A stretch of 64,000 nt of DNA from the human T2T-CHM13v2.0 reference genome, Homo sapiens. The notes beneath the pieces were generated by a model. It was not told the DNA's origin. It searched no databases and worked only from the letters and a program-made list of their open reading frames with translations. Shown here in pieces: positions 23,171-38,365 of this stretch. The number at the start of each line of letters is the position of its first letter. Position 1 is the stretch's first letter. The DNA lies in NCBI RefSeq assembly GCF_009914755.1, contig NC_060947.1, one strand, 5' to 3'. A program made the translations under genes and the position numbers.

Positions 23171-23863
23171 CTTCAAGGACTTTTTATTATGTTTCCCCTG
23201 CCTGTAGTGCTCTTTGCCCATGATAATCTAGATATCTTCTCATTGCCTCTAGTAATCTGGCTCTCAGCTGAAACTTCGCTTGCTTATAGAGATCTTAACT
23301 TATCTTCCCAACTACAAAATAGTACCTGCCCCTCCACATCTGGTCACGTCCCATTCCCTTTTCCTTGCTTGTTATTTTTTTCTTTATAGCCCTTATCCTC
23401 ACCTGACTTGATATATTTACATCTTTGTTATCATATCTCTCCTACATAATTTAAGGTTTGTATAAAACCAGGTTTATTCTGCACCATATTCACACTACCA
23501 TTTGTAAATGCCAGAGCCTTTGAGCACTTGTAGGGACATGGGCACACAAAAGTGAAAGGTCTGGTTTCAGAGTGACCTTCACTAGGTGAAGAAGATGAGA
23601 TAAAAGGAAGAAATTTAGGCCACTCCTGGGTCTGCACAAGACCTTTCATGTGACATCAGAGAAGTCCCTTCCCCAAAATTGGAGTTGTGGAGGCAGGATA
23701 GGGTGTGGTCCCTAAGGTTTGGAAGGGTCACTGGTTTTTTTTTTTGTTCCAGTGAATGCAAAACAGCTGAGCCTAGAGGTGGTCTTGAGGAAAAAGCAAG
23801 GCATCTAATAGCCATGCTCTCCCTTTCTCTGTGCTTCTGCCCTAACCATACAATGAAAGCTAA

Positions 23864-24250
23864 AGATTAAGAAAATGTGGCACATATACACCATGAAATA
23901 CTATGCAGCCATAAAAAAGGATGAGTTCATGCCCTTTGCAGGGACATGGATGAAGCTGGAAACTATCATTCTCAGCAAACTAACACAGGAAAAGAAAACC
24001 AAACACCGCATGTTCTCACTCATAAGTGGGAGTTGAACAATGAGAACACATGGACACAGGGAGGGGAACATCACACACCCGGGCCTGTTGGGGTGGGGGG
24101 CTAGGGGAGGGATAACATTAGGAGAAATACCTAATGTAGGTGATGGGTTGATGGGTGCAGCAAACCACCAAGGCATGTGTATACCTATGTGACAAAACTG
24201 CACGTTCTGCACATGTAACCCAGAACTTAAAGTATAATAATAATAAAAAA
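23864..24250 (+). mobile_element. Short L1PA 3' end (L1PA7/8-like)
   Basis: ORF2 end, 3'UTR and polyA; TSD aaagctaa at 23856-23863 and 24251-24258. Confidence 0.92.
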
Positions 24251-24904
24251 AAAGCTAAGTTCTCTGTAGTAGACAGATGAATCTTGTTGAAACGTAAATT
24301 AAGTCACATCTCTTTTACAGTAAAAACCTCTCCCTACCTCCCACCTTACTCATAGTAAACACAGATGTCCTGTCAATGAGCTGCAACCAGGATGTTTATC
24401 TAGCCCCTCTCCATTTATTTCCTTTTTTACCACTTTTCTTGGCTGAGACCACCCAGTCATGCTGCTAGTTTCAATATTCCCAGACATTTGCTAGACACAT
24501 TTCAAAGCCTTTGAATTTGCCATTAACTGGAACACTTCACTCACTGATAGATATAATTTTCATAAATAACGACATAGTTACTTGTATGGTAATGAACTTA
24601 GTATCTCCCCTCACCAGTCTGTTGATTCCCTAATGGAAAATAACACTCCCCAGGGTTTTTTTCGATTGAGTTTTTAACCAACCCAAGCCCAAAGTCTGAC
24701 ATGTAGTATAGGAACTGAATAAGTGTTTATGGAATAAATGAACTGAATCAATTTCTAGCAAAATGAACAATTATTATTTTTTAATCCCTACTCTCTGAGA
24801 AAAATAGCAAGACAAAACCAGGGTAAGAAATAGAGAAAAGACATAGAGATCCAGCCAGGCCAAAACCAGGTAGGAACTTAAGAGTAGCAGTATTTAGTTC
24901 AATT

Positions 24905-25410
24905 AACTATCTCTTTATCCATTCAACCCTCCAGTCATCCTAGCAGCCATATGTTGACCCAGTATTCCATCCCTTCTTCTCTCTGCCCATCCAATCCCTC
25001 CAGTCTTCCATTCCTCCACTCTTTGCAACTAACCATTCATCCATACAACTATCTACCCACTTATCCATTCATCCAACCAACAATTAACCCAACCACCTAT
25101 CCATTCATTCATCCATGCATTCATTTCATCATCCATCCTTTGTCTACCCACTATCAATACAGTCATCTATAAAACTCTTTATCTGTCCATTTATCCATCC
25201 AAAAATTAATGCCATCATCCATCCATAAATGTATGGATTTATTTATTCATCCATACATCCTTTGACTCATTCATTTCTTCATCTATCCAACTGTATGACC
25301 ACTCATCCATTCATTCAAGCATGTGTTTATCATCTCTCCATGTAGTCATCCAGCCATTTACTCATCCAACTATATATCCATAAATACATCTAACATCCCT
25401 TCACCATTGA
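24905..25410. repeat. Degenerate (TCCA)n/(TTCA)n low-complexity tract
   Basis: Repeated atcc/ccat/tcat words over ~500 bp. Confidence 0.85.
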
Positions 25411-26329
25411 TGAGAGCAAAGAAAAATCATCCAAAGATAGAGACAAAAAAATGAGCACCCTAGACTTTTCTTAGAAGACCATCTTTGTTGTATATTTGTA
25501 TGTATGTGTTGTGTTGTGTGTAAAATAAATAATCACAGAACAAATTACTCATTTCTGATAGACACTTAAAGAGTTCCTCTTTTTTGTCAGTTTGTGGAAG
25601 ACAGAAACAGCAGCAGGTACAGACAGATTGCTCTGGCACCTGCAGATTCTGTTCAGTTCCTACAAATATGTGGCAATTATGCCAGGCCCCTTGCTATGTG
25701 CCAAGGCCAACAGGATGAATAGATGCAGGTTTGTCTTAATAGGGGCCCAATCTGTGTGATAGGAACTCTGGAGGTTGGAAATGGAGACAAAGAACCACAA
25801 TCCCAATTATTCCTGTGAGCTCTCACAGGGCCTCCTTGGTTCCTCTCCCCATAGAGACACAGAGGATCTTTCTGATGCAATGCAAGGGATAGGAAAGTGA
25901 GGTCAGAGGTAAGAGGCCCCCACCCTGCCTTGCTTACTTCCAAAGAGAAGCTGATGATAAACCGACAGGTAAAGTAGGAGGACTTGCGGAGACAAATGAG
26001 CCAGCTGTTCTATGGAAACATCCACTCTGCATTCAGCGAAGAGCTCTTCTTCCACAGCACAATGAAGGGAAGCTGAAGGGAGGAGTTGAGGGATGGAATG
26101 ATGATTCCAAAATCCTTCTGGCTGGCCCTCCAGAAAGTGGTTTGAGGAGAACAGAAAGGTGAAGGACGTCCTGGAGGCAGCTTCCAAGCAACACCAGTAA
26201 CTGCAGCATAAGCAGCAGAGATGGGCAGGAGCCACCCCCATAAGAGGCTGCCTATGGGGGAAACACAGAATAGTTGAACCCAGCTCTCACCTGGGAAAGC
26301 TGTCCCTGGGATCCTCAGACATACAAATT

Positions 26330-26700
26330 CCTTTTTTCTCTTTATCCCCCTCTACATGAAATCCTTCCTCTGCTCTTATTCCTCTTCCATCACCTGCTGT
26401 TTCTGCTCCTTCTCCTCTGCTTCCCAATGTTCTCCTTCTCCACCTCTAATCCTTCCCCATGCTTCTTTCCCCCTTCTCCTTTTCTTTTCTCCCTCCACTG
26501 TCCTTCAACTCTTCCCTTCCCTTTTCCTTTCTTTCCCTTCTTCATATTCTTTTCCTTCCCTCCTCTTTCTTCCCTCCTTTCCTCCTTCTCCTCTCTTCCT
26601 TTTCTCTCTTCTTCTCATCCACTTCTTCTCTCTTCTCTCTCCCTTTTTTCCATCTCTTCTTTATCTAACCCTTCATCTCCCCACTCCTTCTCTTCAATCT
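26330..26700. repeat. CT-rich polypyrimidine tract
   Basis: Almost G-free C/T sequence for ~370 bp. Confidence 0.9.
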
Positions 26701-27077
26701 TACTTTACATCCAGAATTATGGCAGAGATAAAGAAGCTGGACATTGAGTTCCTTTCAGAAACTTATAACATCTTAGAAGAAGGGTCCAGAAATGAAAAAA
26801 TAGGGAGGATGAGGAAAGAAGAGGGAGGAAGATACAGGAAAATGGAGAGAGGAGCGGTTTTTAACCCTAAATGGAGGGATTCCTGTGAAGGAGGAGGCAA
26901 ACAAGCATGGGGCTGCTATACAGGAGTAGAGGAGCCCATGAAAACCTTTCCAAACATTTTGTCTAGAAGGGACATTTCCTCGGGGGACATACACAGCCAG
27001 TGCACAGGCAATGATGTGGAGCCACTGAGGCAGTGAAATTGCAGTGAGGTACTGGCTGACGGGTGTGTGTGTTAGAG

Positions 27078-27366
27078 CAGTGGTCACCGACCTTTCTGGC
27101 ACCAGGAACCAGTGAAACTGTTCTACCTCAGATCATTAGGCATTAGTTAGATTCTCATAACGAGCATGCAACTTAGATACCTCGCATGCACAGTTCACAA
27201 TAGGGTTCACGCTCCTTTGAGAATCTACTGCCACCACTGATCTGACAGGAGGCAAAGCTCAGGTGGTAATGCTGGCTCACCCGCTGCTCACCTCCTGCTG
27301 TGCAGCCCCATTTCTGACAGGCCACTGACTGGTACTGGTCTGTGGTCCGGGCATTAGGGACCCCTG
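27078..27366 (+). mobile_element. MER1B-like hAT-Charlie DNA transposon, internally deleted
   Basis: Ends cagtggtc...gacccctg (imperfect TIRs); 8-bp TSD tgttagag at 27070-27077 and 27367-27374. Confidence 0.92.
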
Positions 27367-28570
27367 TGTTAGAGTTTAGGGAGACCCACACACCCTAGAA
27401 CCCAAGGTCCCTGTTCCACAACCCTCTCACCTCTAGGTAGAACACCTTCCACAGACCATCCAGGAGTCCCCTTCAGGACCCTAGGAGACCAACTTAGAAC
27501 ACACCTCAGGAAGGGCCACATACCTTCCTGGGAAGAAAGGAAAATAGCTTTATTTAAATGTAGTCAGAAAATGCATCCCAGAGAAAGTTAATGAACTTTA
27601 AGATAAGATTTAATGTACACTTAAGATTTTTTTCATGCCAATGAAGATTCATGAGTGAATAATCTTTTACTTGCATGTTTGTACACATGTCCATTTATGT
27701 CCTCTGGAATAAATTGTTGAAGGTACATGATTGATTTGGTGGTCGTGCATATTTAATCTTTGATACAACTTGATTTTCGTGAAGATTGAATCACTCCACA
27801 GTACTACCAGCAGTTTATGAGAGTGACCCTTTCAACACATCTACACTAGTTAAACATTTTTGCATAGGTGCCACCATCAGCTTTTGTCTACAGGTGAATA
27901 AAGGCTCCCAGAGGTTTAGCAACAATCACTAGACTACTCAGCTGGTTAATGGCAGAGCCATACTTTTTACCATAGAAATGTTTGTCCCCAGAGCCAGTGA
28001 CCTTAATTGAAATTCTGAGTATTATCATTCCTTACTACCCTGAATACCTGGATCTACTCTTTATTTAAATACTTCATCTCTTTTTCCATGATCTACCAAC
28101 TAGGTTTGGGATTAACAGAGCAAAAACAAAACAAAACTAAAAGGTTACATAGTTTTTAGCCTCTGTGCAAGAGTTTTTCTGTACTGATGGTAATTTTTCC
28201 CTTGTTAAAATAACAAAAACAAGAAAACCAAGCCATCTTCCTGATCAATGAGATGGGTTGTCCTTTTTATAATTTGGCTTGATGAATCAGGTTTTATAGA
28301 AGTGGTTCTGCTGCTGTTTTTCCTGTGATGTGGAAAAGTTCCTCAGGGTCCTTCTGTCTAGTCTGGACTTTTTGTCCTGCTGCCACATCACTCGATCTTT
28401 GCCACTGAACCCTCCACTGTCCCTCATGATATTCCTCCTCAGGGAACTTTGGTTCTAGGCTGGGGACTGCCTCAGCCATTAGCACTCAGACTTCAGTGGA
28501 GGGAATCCTGCTGTCTTACCTCTACCTCTTTACTCCAGGCATGGACTTGGGGCTTTCCCTAATTTCCCAG

Positions 28571-28935
28571 TGTATTAGTCCACTTTGAACACTTCTGATA
28601 AAGATATACCCAAGACTGGGTAATTTCTAAAGAAGAAGAGGTTTAATGGACTCACAGTTCCACATGGCTGGGGAGGCCTCACAATCATGGCAGAAGGCAA
28701 AAGGCATGTCTTACATGGTGGCAGGCAAAAGAGAAAATGAGAGCCAAGTCAAAAGGGAAACCCCTTATAAAACCATCAGATCTTGTGAGACTTACTCACT
28801 GCCATGAGAACAGTATAGGGGAAACTGCCCCCATAATTCAATTATCTCCCACCAGGTCCCTCCCACAACATGTGGGAATTATGAGAGCTACAATTCAAGA
28901 CGAGATTTGGGTGGAGACACAGCCAAACCATATCA
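28571..28935 (-). mobile_element. THE1 solo LTR
   Basis: tgtattagtc ... ccaaaccatatca; 5-bp TSD cccag/cacag. Confidence 0.93.
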
Positions 28936-29629
28936 CACAGCAAAAACCAAGCTGTAATATTTACTGAGATTTTACTGAAACTTCTTAAACTGTGGGAGAG
29001 AAGTGTAACACAAACACTAGGACTTAGAACCAAGCATAGACTTCAGATGCATTCTGAAATCCCTTACTATGCTAATTTCCTGCCTGGCTCCTGGCCTGCC
29101 TCCAAATGGCCAGCAGCAGTTTACCACCCCCACCACCAGAATTTTCTATAAGCATTTCCAGCTCAGAATCATAACCAAACTTACTACCAGCCCAAAAGAG
29201 AGTGTTGGAAAACTTTTCCCTTATCTCAGTCTAAGAAGGGGGGAGTTCTACAGTGCCTTCATTTTAGGCCTCAAAACCCATCTTCATCAAGAATATTTTA
29301 TAGGGAACCATTCTTCTTTTTCAGAGGAAACCCTATCCAGATACCCAGATACATAGGAGGTGATCTGATAAGACAGTTGCGAAATACTCTGAACGTTTAT
29401 CTTCCTATGCTTTGGTTATTACTACTCTTACATAACATGAAAAAAAGTTGTGTCACTTTTTTCTTTTGGGCTTCTACATAAATGCCAGGTGCTAAGCATA
29501 TTTTCTTTCATTCATCTTCAGAGAAAATCAGAAGGCACATTTGTATTTACATTTTCTATGCCCTTTGCACTGGGTCACAGTAACTTCCCCAAAATAAGAA
29601 AAGAATTGGAGCATCTCCCCTGTCTTAGC

Positions 29630-29900
29630 CATTGGAGTGAAAGCAGTGTCACAGTAGTTACATGTCTGGGCTCTGGAGGGAGACTGCCTGGATAAAAACC
29701 CTGCTTCCACTACTTGTGTGCTGAGTGACTGTCAGCATGTCACGGAACCTCTCTATCACTGTCTTAATCCATAAAATTGAATATAATACCTATACCTAAA
29801 CTAATAGGTACCATGTATTGTTGATTAAAAGGAATAACGTGATTAAAACATTTGAGAAAGTGTTTGTATCATGGTAAATGTTCAGTAACATTAGCTATCT
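29630..29900 (+). mobile_element. MIR
   Basis: ggctctggag...gactgcctgg...aacctctct...cataaaattgaatataatacctat core. Confidence 0.7.
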
Positions 29901-30535
29901 GTGAGTCACTGATCAGCATGTCTCAAATCTGTCCTATTTCAGATAAGTAAGGATTACAGCAGCATCTCCATGTCTCTTAGGATTTATATGACAAGTGGAC
30001 ACTAGTTTATTTGGTCCTTACACTTGTGATCTGAAGCCACGATTATCTCATAGGTAAGCTTCTTATATGAACATGTCCAAATGTTGAAGCCTAGGAGAAA
30101 TCTCCAGTATGTAAAAGGTATCCAATGGGTGTTCATGGTGGACAGGAGTACAAGATTAAGATCCCCAGTAAATACATTTGTCCTCTAAGTTTGAACTATA
30201 AAACCAAGGAGGATATTTGCAAAGAGTCTTTAAAACTTCAGAATAAAAAAACTTATCATAGTTACAGAAAAAAAAATCAGTCAGAAGATAAATATTTGGC
30301 CAGCCATGGAAACAATCATAGTCAATGCCCATTCCATTCCCATTTGCAAGGCTTTAACTATTACTAAATATTGGACTATTTTATACTGATGCCATTAAAC
30401 AGGTAAATGGCAGGCAAATTTCATGCTGGCTTTCCCTCATTCTTGAAATCTGTGAACTCACCATTGGACTGTTTTTACTCTGCATTATCTTGCTGGACCC
30501 AGTAATCAGCCACTCATTAAGCACTTGCATAATCA

Positions 30536-31901
<1,366 letters not shown>

Positions 31902-34617
31902 AAGAACTTTCCTTGACTGATTTATGATTGGAAGTGTAGCCCAGTGCTGAGCAATGCACCCTGAGGCGATATTTGCTGTAGTTCTCCTTGGATCTATTTC
32001 TCTGCTCTTAAAAAAAAAGAGGTAAAAGACAAATCTTTTTTTAATGAGTCAATTTAATGTTATATAGATAATATATAAACATAGACATGCAAGCATGTAT
32101 ACATAAAATTACAGAAAGACACAAATATGTTATAGCATTGATTTTAAAATTTTAGCTGTGAGGCTGTTAAACTCACTAGTTTAAAAGGACAGTTGAATTC
32201 AAACTGTGCCTTTGTAAATGGAAAAGGGTAAAGTTTACCAGTCCCACATGACCAGAGGCATGAGTTTCAGAGAAAACCGGGTAGCAAATTTATATCTCAA
32301 AGCACACACAGAGAGATAATTGAAGTTTTTAAAAGGAGTTCCTGTGTGTTAAAGGGAGACCAAAAATGGATGTCAAGGTAACACAAAATCTTAGGAATTT
32401 ACCATAGGATTTTTCCCTACTTTTATTTTAGGTCCAGGGGGTAAATGTGCCTGTTTGTTACATGGGTAGATTGCACGAAGAGACCAAATAATTCAGCTTC
32501 TGTGTATTGCCCCATCTGGATCTAGTACTGGAAGTGCTGCAGTCATGTCCTAGTGCCATATAGCCCAACAGCACAGAAGAAAAGCATCATGGCAAGAATC
32601 ACAACTCAGCGACATTTTAATTTATGTATGACATATATCAATATCTACATTGGGCATATGAACAGTTTTCACAGAACTGTAAAACATCAGAGTTGAAATG
32701 CTCATTTGTTTTTCATACTAAAATTCTGAGGCCTGGTCAACTGTGCTCCATAAGAATTCATTGACACTGTGTTTTAAATGTTGTGCTAGGGGTTTGAAGA
32801 ACACAGAGATGATTCACACAAGGTCCATGCCATGAGGAGCTTAACAATATAGAGGAATCACATAAACATACCAATTCGATGCTGACCTACATTGCCTATC
32901 AGCTGTGTGCCTGACTACCTTTGTTATTTCCCAAAGACCTGAGAGATATATATTACAATTCCTCTTATACAGTTGAAGAAATAAGCTGTGATGAGTTAAG
33001 TAATGTAGGTAGTTAAATGGAATTTGGATTCACATCCAGACCTGTTGGACTCCAAAGGTAGGTCTTTTTCCATTCCCCTTGGAAATATTGCTTATGTTAC
33101 AGTTGTTGAAATGTGGATGTCATTTCTGATGACAGAACCACCTTCCCCCAACATAGAAGGATACTTGGGAAATCCAGGAATTCTCAAAGTGGTACTATCC
33201 CTCAAAAGACTAACTTAAGAGTTCTGAAGATCTATACTGAAACCAACCAGCGTGAAGTACAACTATCTGACATTTTTATACATCAGAAAGGATTAGGTAG
33301 CTTAGACTGTGACAGCAGCATTAGAGGCCCCCTCTGAAGATAATGGAGGATTTACATAATTTGAAGAGCTTGGGGGCTGGTATTGTCCCTTCTATCATTG
33401 CCCTTTAAATGGAGTCAATGACTTAAGAGACAGCAGTTCTTTTGGAACAACTGTTAGCTAGGAAAGGGAGGTGAAAACCCTGCCTTAGAGCCCTGCCCCA
33501 CTCAACAGATGAGGAGAGCTTCACTTCCAGAGTTATTCTCTGGGGAAGCATCAGGAAAATACAGGGAGGCTCCCAGCAATCTTTCCTGGAAGTTGTTTCC
33601 TGGTCCAAGTCTATTAACTTATTGTGCATATTTTAATAATTTATGGGCAAAGAGAGCCAAGGGAAGGGAAGTAAGTTAAATTGGAGAATGGTATAAGAGA
33701 AAGTTTGGCTTAAAACAATTGCATGGGACTACAGACTGGGCAAACTAGAGTGGACAACTTATTACTACCACTACTAGTTCTGTGGCCTTTAATAAGTAAC
33801 TTATCCTCTAAGACCCATATGCTCGTATGATTGTTTCTTTCAGTAAGATATTTGATCTTTGAGAGGGCCTTGAGTGATTGGTCTTTGCATATCAAGCTTT
33901 CAGGATACTTCCTGAAATCTAATAGACATCAATGGATGCTAAATTAAATAATTAAATTTTATAATAACACTGATTGTAATAGCCCTCTTTCCAATTTTCT
34001 AATTGGAGTAGTACAGTAGATCCTATCTATGTAGGTAACAATATATGACATCTTTGTGTATCAGGCACTGTACAACATCTTGTAGACACCTGTTTTGTGT
34101 TGGAGGGTTAGAGTTCTCACTCATTTTTCTTCATCAACCTACACAGACACCAGCAAAATTATCTATATACCTCATGACTTAAGCAGCATTTTTTTATACT
34201 TCAGTCCTTTTTGTATTAACTCAAGGGTTTTTGTCATAGGAAGACAGTCATTTCATTGTATGCATATTTTTATGTATATAAGAGGATTACTTTCCATAAA
34301 AATAATTACAATGAAAACAAAAATAGCAAAATTTGGAAAGCTGATATTAACAAGAAATACAGGCGATCTTACATATTATTGTGTCTTATGTGTGTTATTT
34401 CATCTTCACATTGTTTCCTCAATGTATGCATTGTTATTCTCTTGCATAGATATGGGAGAGCCATAATTTGATCCTAGGACTTATTTTATTCTAAAGCTCC
34501 AGAGTCCTACAATATGGGAACTCCCCAACTTATACTCTAGCAATTCCCACTCTTTACTCTTCCTTTTCTCTCTGTTACAGCTTCTTACAATTTTCATCCT
34601 ACCTTTTAACAATTGCA

Positions 34618-34888
34618 GGCCGGGTGTGGTGGCTCACGCCTGTAATCCCAGCACTTTGGGAGGCTGAGGCAGGCGGATCACCTGAGGTCAGGAGTTTGAG
34701 GCCAGCCTCAACATGGAGAAACCCCGTCTCTACTAAAAATACAAAATTAGCCGGGCGTGGTGGTGCATGCCTGTAATCTCAGCTACTCGGGAGGTTGAGG
34801 CAGGAGAATTGCTTGAACCTGGGAGGTGGAGGTTGCACTCCAGCCTGGGTGACAAGAGCGAAACTCTGTCTCAAAAAAAAAAAAAAAA
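34618..34888 (+). mobile_element. Alu (AluS-like) with a right-arm deletion
   Basis: Dimeric Alu; ggttgcactccagcc lacks the agtgagccgagatcgcgcca segment; flanking aattgca. Confidence 0.93.
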
Positions 34889-34913
34889 TTGCAGGTGCTC
34901 CCAATTCCTGAGA

Positions 34914-34983
34914 CTTCTCTCCATATCAAGTGACCAAATTCTGTGCATGCTTCTCTCCATATTAAGTGACCAAATTCTGTGCA
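34914..34983. repeat. 36-bp tandem duplication
   Basis: cttctctccatat(c/t)aagtgaccaaattctgtgca starts at 34914 and 34950. Confidence 0.95.
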
Positions 34984-35049
34984 AGAGTCAGTAAAAACTG
35001 ACTCTTGTTTTTACCCCTTGTGTACAATTCTGTACATGGATTTTCTAAG

Positions 35050-35480
35050 TGTTGGAAAAGGCAGTCCACTGTAAGCCCCAAGTGTCTCTGCATGTCCAAA
35101 CTACAATGCTCAACTGTCCCTCAATACAGAGCAGTTTCTGTAGCTAGTCACATAGGCAATTAAATAGGCAGAGGTGACCTTAGCTTAACTATTTGTGTGA
35201 CTGCTCATTCCCTGGGAAAGGGAACTAACTTGTTTGTTACAAAAGGGGCAGAGCCCTTGCTCTTTGGTTTGTCAGCTGTGCCATAACACACTATGTGTGA
35301 AGCCACCATCTGGGACTTATGGGACTTGAGGGAAGGGAAATTAGTCCTCTCATACTTATGCTCCTGCTGTCTGCTGTACTGTGAGTAATAAACTGTCTTG
35401 CTCTATATTGTTAAGTCTCATCATCTACTTCAGAACTCATCTGCTTTTGGCAAAGCCAACTTGCTTACATGCTTAGTTGT
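35050..35480 (+). mobile_element. Old ERVL LTR (LTR41-like)
   Basis: tgttggaaa...ccactgtaagc; tgggacttgagggaagggaa; gctgtactgtgagtaataaac. Confidence 0.65.
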
Positions 35481-35889
35481 CTTCTTTGGCATTTTGTTAT
35501 TCCCTGCCATTCTCTATAGGGTTAATTTTCTTCGCTGAAACTAACCCTTGTAACAAACAACTTTGGTTTTTAAGTATTTTTGAGATGAAGAGATAACTGT
35601 TATTTACAACTTCCTGCCATTTAACAAGAATTGTGGTTTTTTGAGGAAGGTTTTTGGTGCAAAGTTGGTAATTTATGGGAAGAATGTAATAAATCTGAGA
35701 AAGAAGCCAGATTGTCCTATTTATGAAACAATATGAGGATTGATGGCTAGTGGTGGGAGGTTGGAGGGACAACTGGAGTTACAGCAGATGGCTGGCAGGT
35801 GATGAAGGCTTTAAACCCAGACATGGGGTGGTAGACACCCAAAAGAAGATATTTATGAAAGAGATTTATTTGTCTATTGAAGATTTTTA

Positions 35890-36065
35890 AAAAATATACT
35901 TCTATGGTGTTTCCCATATCTCAAGCACTGTTCTATGAGCTTTAACTCATTTAGTCATAATCACAATACATGTGGTAGTTCTTATCATTATATTCAATGT
36001 ATAGATGAGGAAACTGAGGCACAGAGACATTAGTAAAATGAGGAAAACACATTTAGTAAGTGGTG
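35890..36065 (-). mobile_element. MIR
   Basis: agatgaggaaactgaggcacagaga core. Confidence 0.75.
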
Positions 36066-37197
36066 GGGAGAGAGGAGAGACTTGGAGCTGCTTTGTGGGG
36101 GCATGGAATGTCAAGGCATGGAGGATTCTGATAGGTAGCTGTTGCTTACTGAGAAACATCAGAAAAAAAAGAGTAATGTTTAGAGGGGAATTTATGGCAT
36201 TTTCCCCTTGGGATATGCTCGGAAATGCTCTTGTTTATTTCCCCAAAAAGGCCTACATGTAGATGAAATCTTGCTTTAAAAATAATAAACAAATATATTA
36301 CAATTAAAAAATAACAGCAACAAAAACGTCTGTATGCCACAACAATTCCTTAGGCTCCATCCATGGTTTGCATACCACATTTTGGGAAGCACTAACTGTG
36401 AAAAGACCATGGTCTTTGATGTTAAGCAGAGCTGGGCTGGAATTTCAAGTCTGCTACCTAACACCATCCAATTTTATAATTCTATAAAAATGTTCACTCA
36501 GGTTAATGGTGAAGATTTAGTGAAGAAAATGTATATAAATCAACTAGCATATTGCCCAATATGTATTACATATTTGACATTCTTCCTGTCTTTCTCTCCA
36601 TTCCAGTTAGACCAGTGGATGCTATCCCCTTATTTTCCATCTCATTCCAACCTATCTTACTTTTTCTCCCTTCAGCCATACTGAAATAGTTTGTAGGATT
36701 CCTGAATCAGCCACACTCTTTCATCTCTGCATCTCTTCACATGCTGTTCCCTCTTCCCAGAATTTATTTCCTCTCTCTGCCCCTTCTTTACCTCAATATT
36801 TCATTCCTCTTGTAGCCTGTAATCTTTGTCTCCATTAAAGAGTTCCTTAATTCTCTCAGTGTAGGGTGACTATCATCTGTGCTCTCATCCCTATGCTTCT
36901 CAGAAATGTTTGCTTTCTTAGGAAGGGATCCCCAGCCTAATTATTTTACCTACCACCAACCCTCTTCAAACTCCCTTTCTAGACAATACCCACAGGCTAG
37001 GGTATTGGAAGCCACAGCTGAGTCTGGGAAGAATTCAGTGGATTTTGCAGATTATACTATTTGCTGCAGAGCATTAATATTAGGAGAATCTGAGGTGCAA
37101 TGTTCAACAGCAATACTATATTGGTCCCAAATAGTTCTGCTAATGATCAGTTTGAAGACTCAGGACATAAAAGTGGGAGAATGTAATTGAGGACCTC

Positions 37198-38365
37198 CAG
37201 TAGGCTGAATGATTAACCCTCAAAGATATCCATGTCCTAATCCCCAAAATCTGTGAACATATTTCCTGAAATGGCAGCAGGGACTTTACATTGTGATTAA
37301 GTTAAAGATCTTGAGATTGGGAGGTTATTCTGGGTTATCCAGGTAGTCCCAGTGTAATCACAAGAGGAAGGCAAGGGGATTAATATTTGGAGTCAGAGAA
37401 GAAGACCATGGTAGCAGAAGTCAAAGAAGAGATAAATTTGAAGATACTACTCTGTTGGCTTTGAATATAGAGGAAGGGCCTATGAGCTAAAAATAATATA
37501 GGCTACCTCTCAAAGATGGAAAAGTCAAGGGATTACATCTTTCCCTAGAGCCTCCAGAAGGAATGCAGCCTTACCTACACCTTGATTTTTGCCTAGTAAG
37601 ACCATCTGTGACTCCTGACTTTCAGAAATATAATAAGTGTTTTGTTTTAATCCCTAAATTTGTGATTATTTGTTACAGCACAATAGGAAACTAATACTGA
37701 TTTTAGTAACAGAAGTGGGGTGTTGCTGTAATAAATACAACAAATGTGGAAGTGGCTTTCAAATTAGCCAATAGATAGAGGATGGAAGAATTTTGAGCAC
37801 CATAATAGAAAAAGCCTAGATTGCCATAAGATTTTGAGTTGATGCAATTATGGGTTCAGACTTTTAGAGAACTTGGTATGGAATGAATATATTTTACATG
37901 TAGGACAAATGTGAATCTTTGTGGTAGGCTGAATGATGTCCCTCCCCCAAAAGTGCCCACATCCTAATCCCTGCAATCTGTGAATATGTACTTTACATGG
38001 CAAAAGAGACTTTGGAGGTATGACTAAGTTGAGGCTCTTGAGATGGATTATCCAGGTAGGCCCAATGTAATCACGTGGGTTCTTGTAAGAGGGAAGAAGC
38101 AGGGTCAGAGAGGGAGACCACAGAAGCAGAGGTCAGAGAAGAGGTAGACTTGAAGATGACATGCTGCTGCCTTTACATATAGAGAATGGGCCATGAGCCA
38201 AAGAATGCAGGATGACTCTAGAAAATGAAAAAGGGAGTGAGTTCTCCCCTAGAACCTCCATAAAGAACACATCTTTGCTGATGCATTAATTTTTGTCCAG
38301 TAAGATCACTTCTGACTCATGACCTCCAGAAATGTAAAGTTACAGTAGCAATAAGAAAGTAATTC
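37198..38365 (+). mobile_element. MLT1 MaLR element: LTR ~37198-37697, ~220-bp residual internal region, LTR ~37920-38365
   Basis: Two diverged direct LTRs (gtaggctgaatgat...tcctaatccc...gtaatcac...ctaga(g/a)cctcca); spacer has MaLR internal ends (agaagtggggtgttgctgtaa). Confidence 0.85.

Noticed and set aside
26274-27036. 157-aa and 226-aa ORFs
   Set aside because: Their length comes mostly from the stop-poor CT tract (S/P/F/L-rich); no recognisable domain.
28294-28485. Protein-like 63-aa ORF on the minus strand
   Set aside because: No recognisable homology or splice context; could be an ancient LTR or chance.
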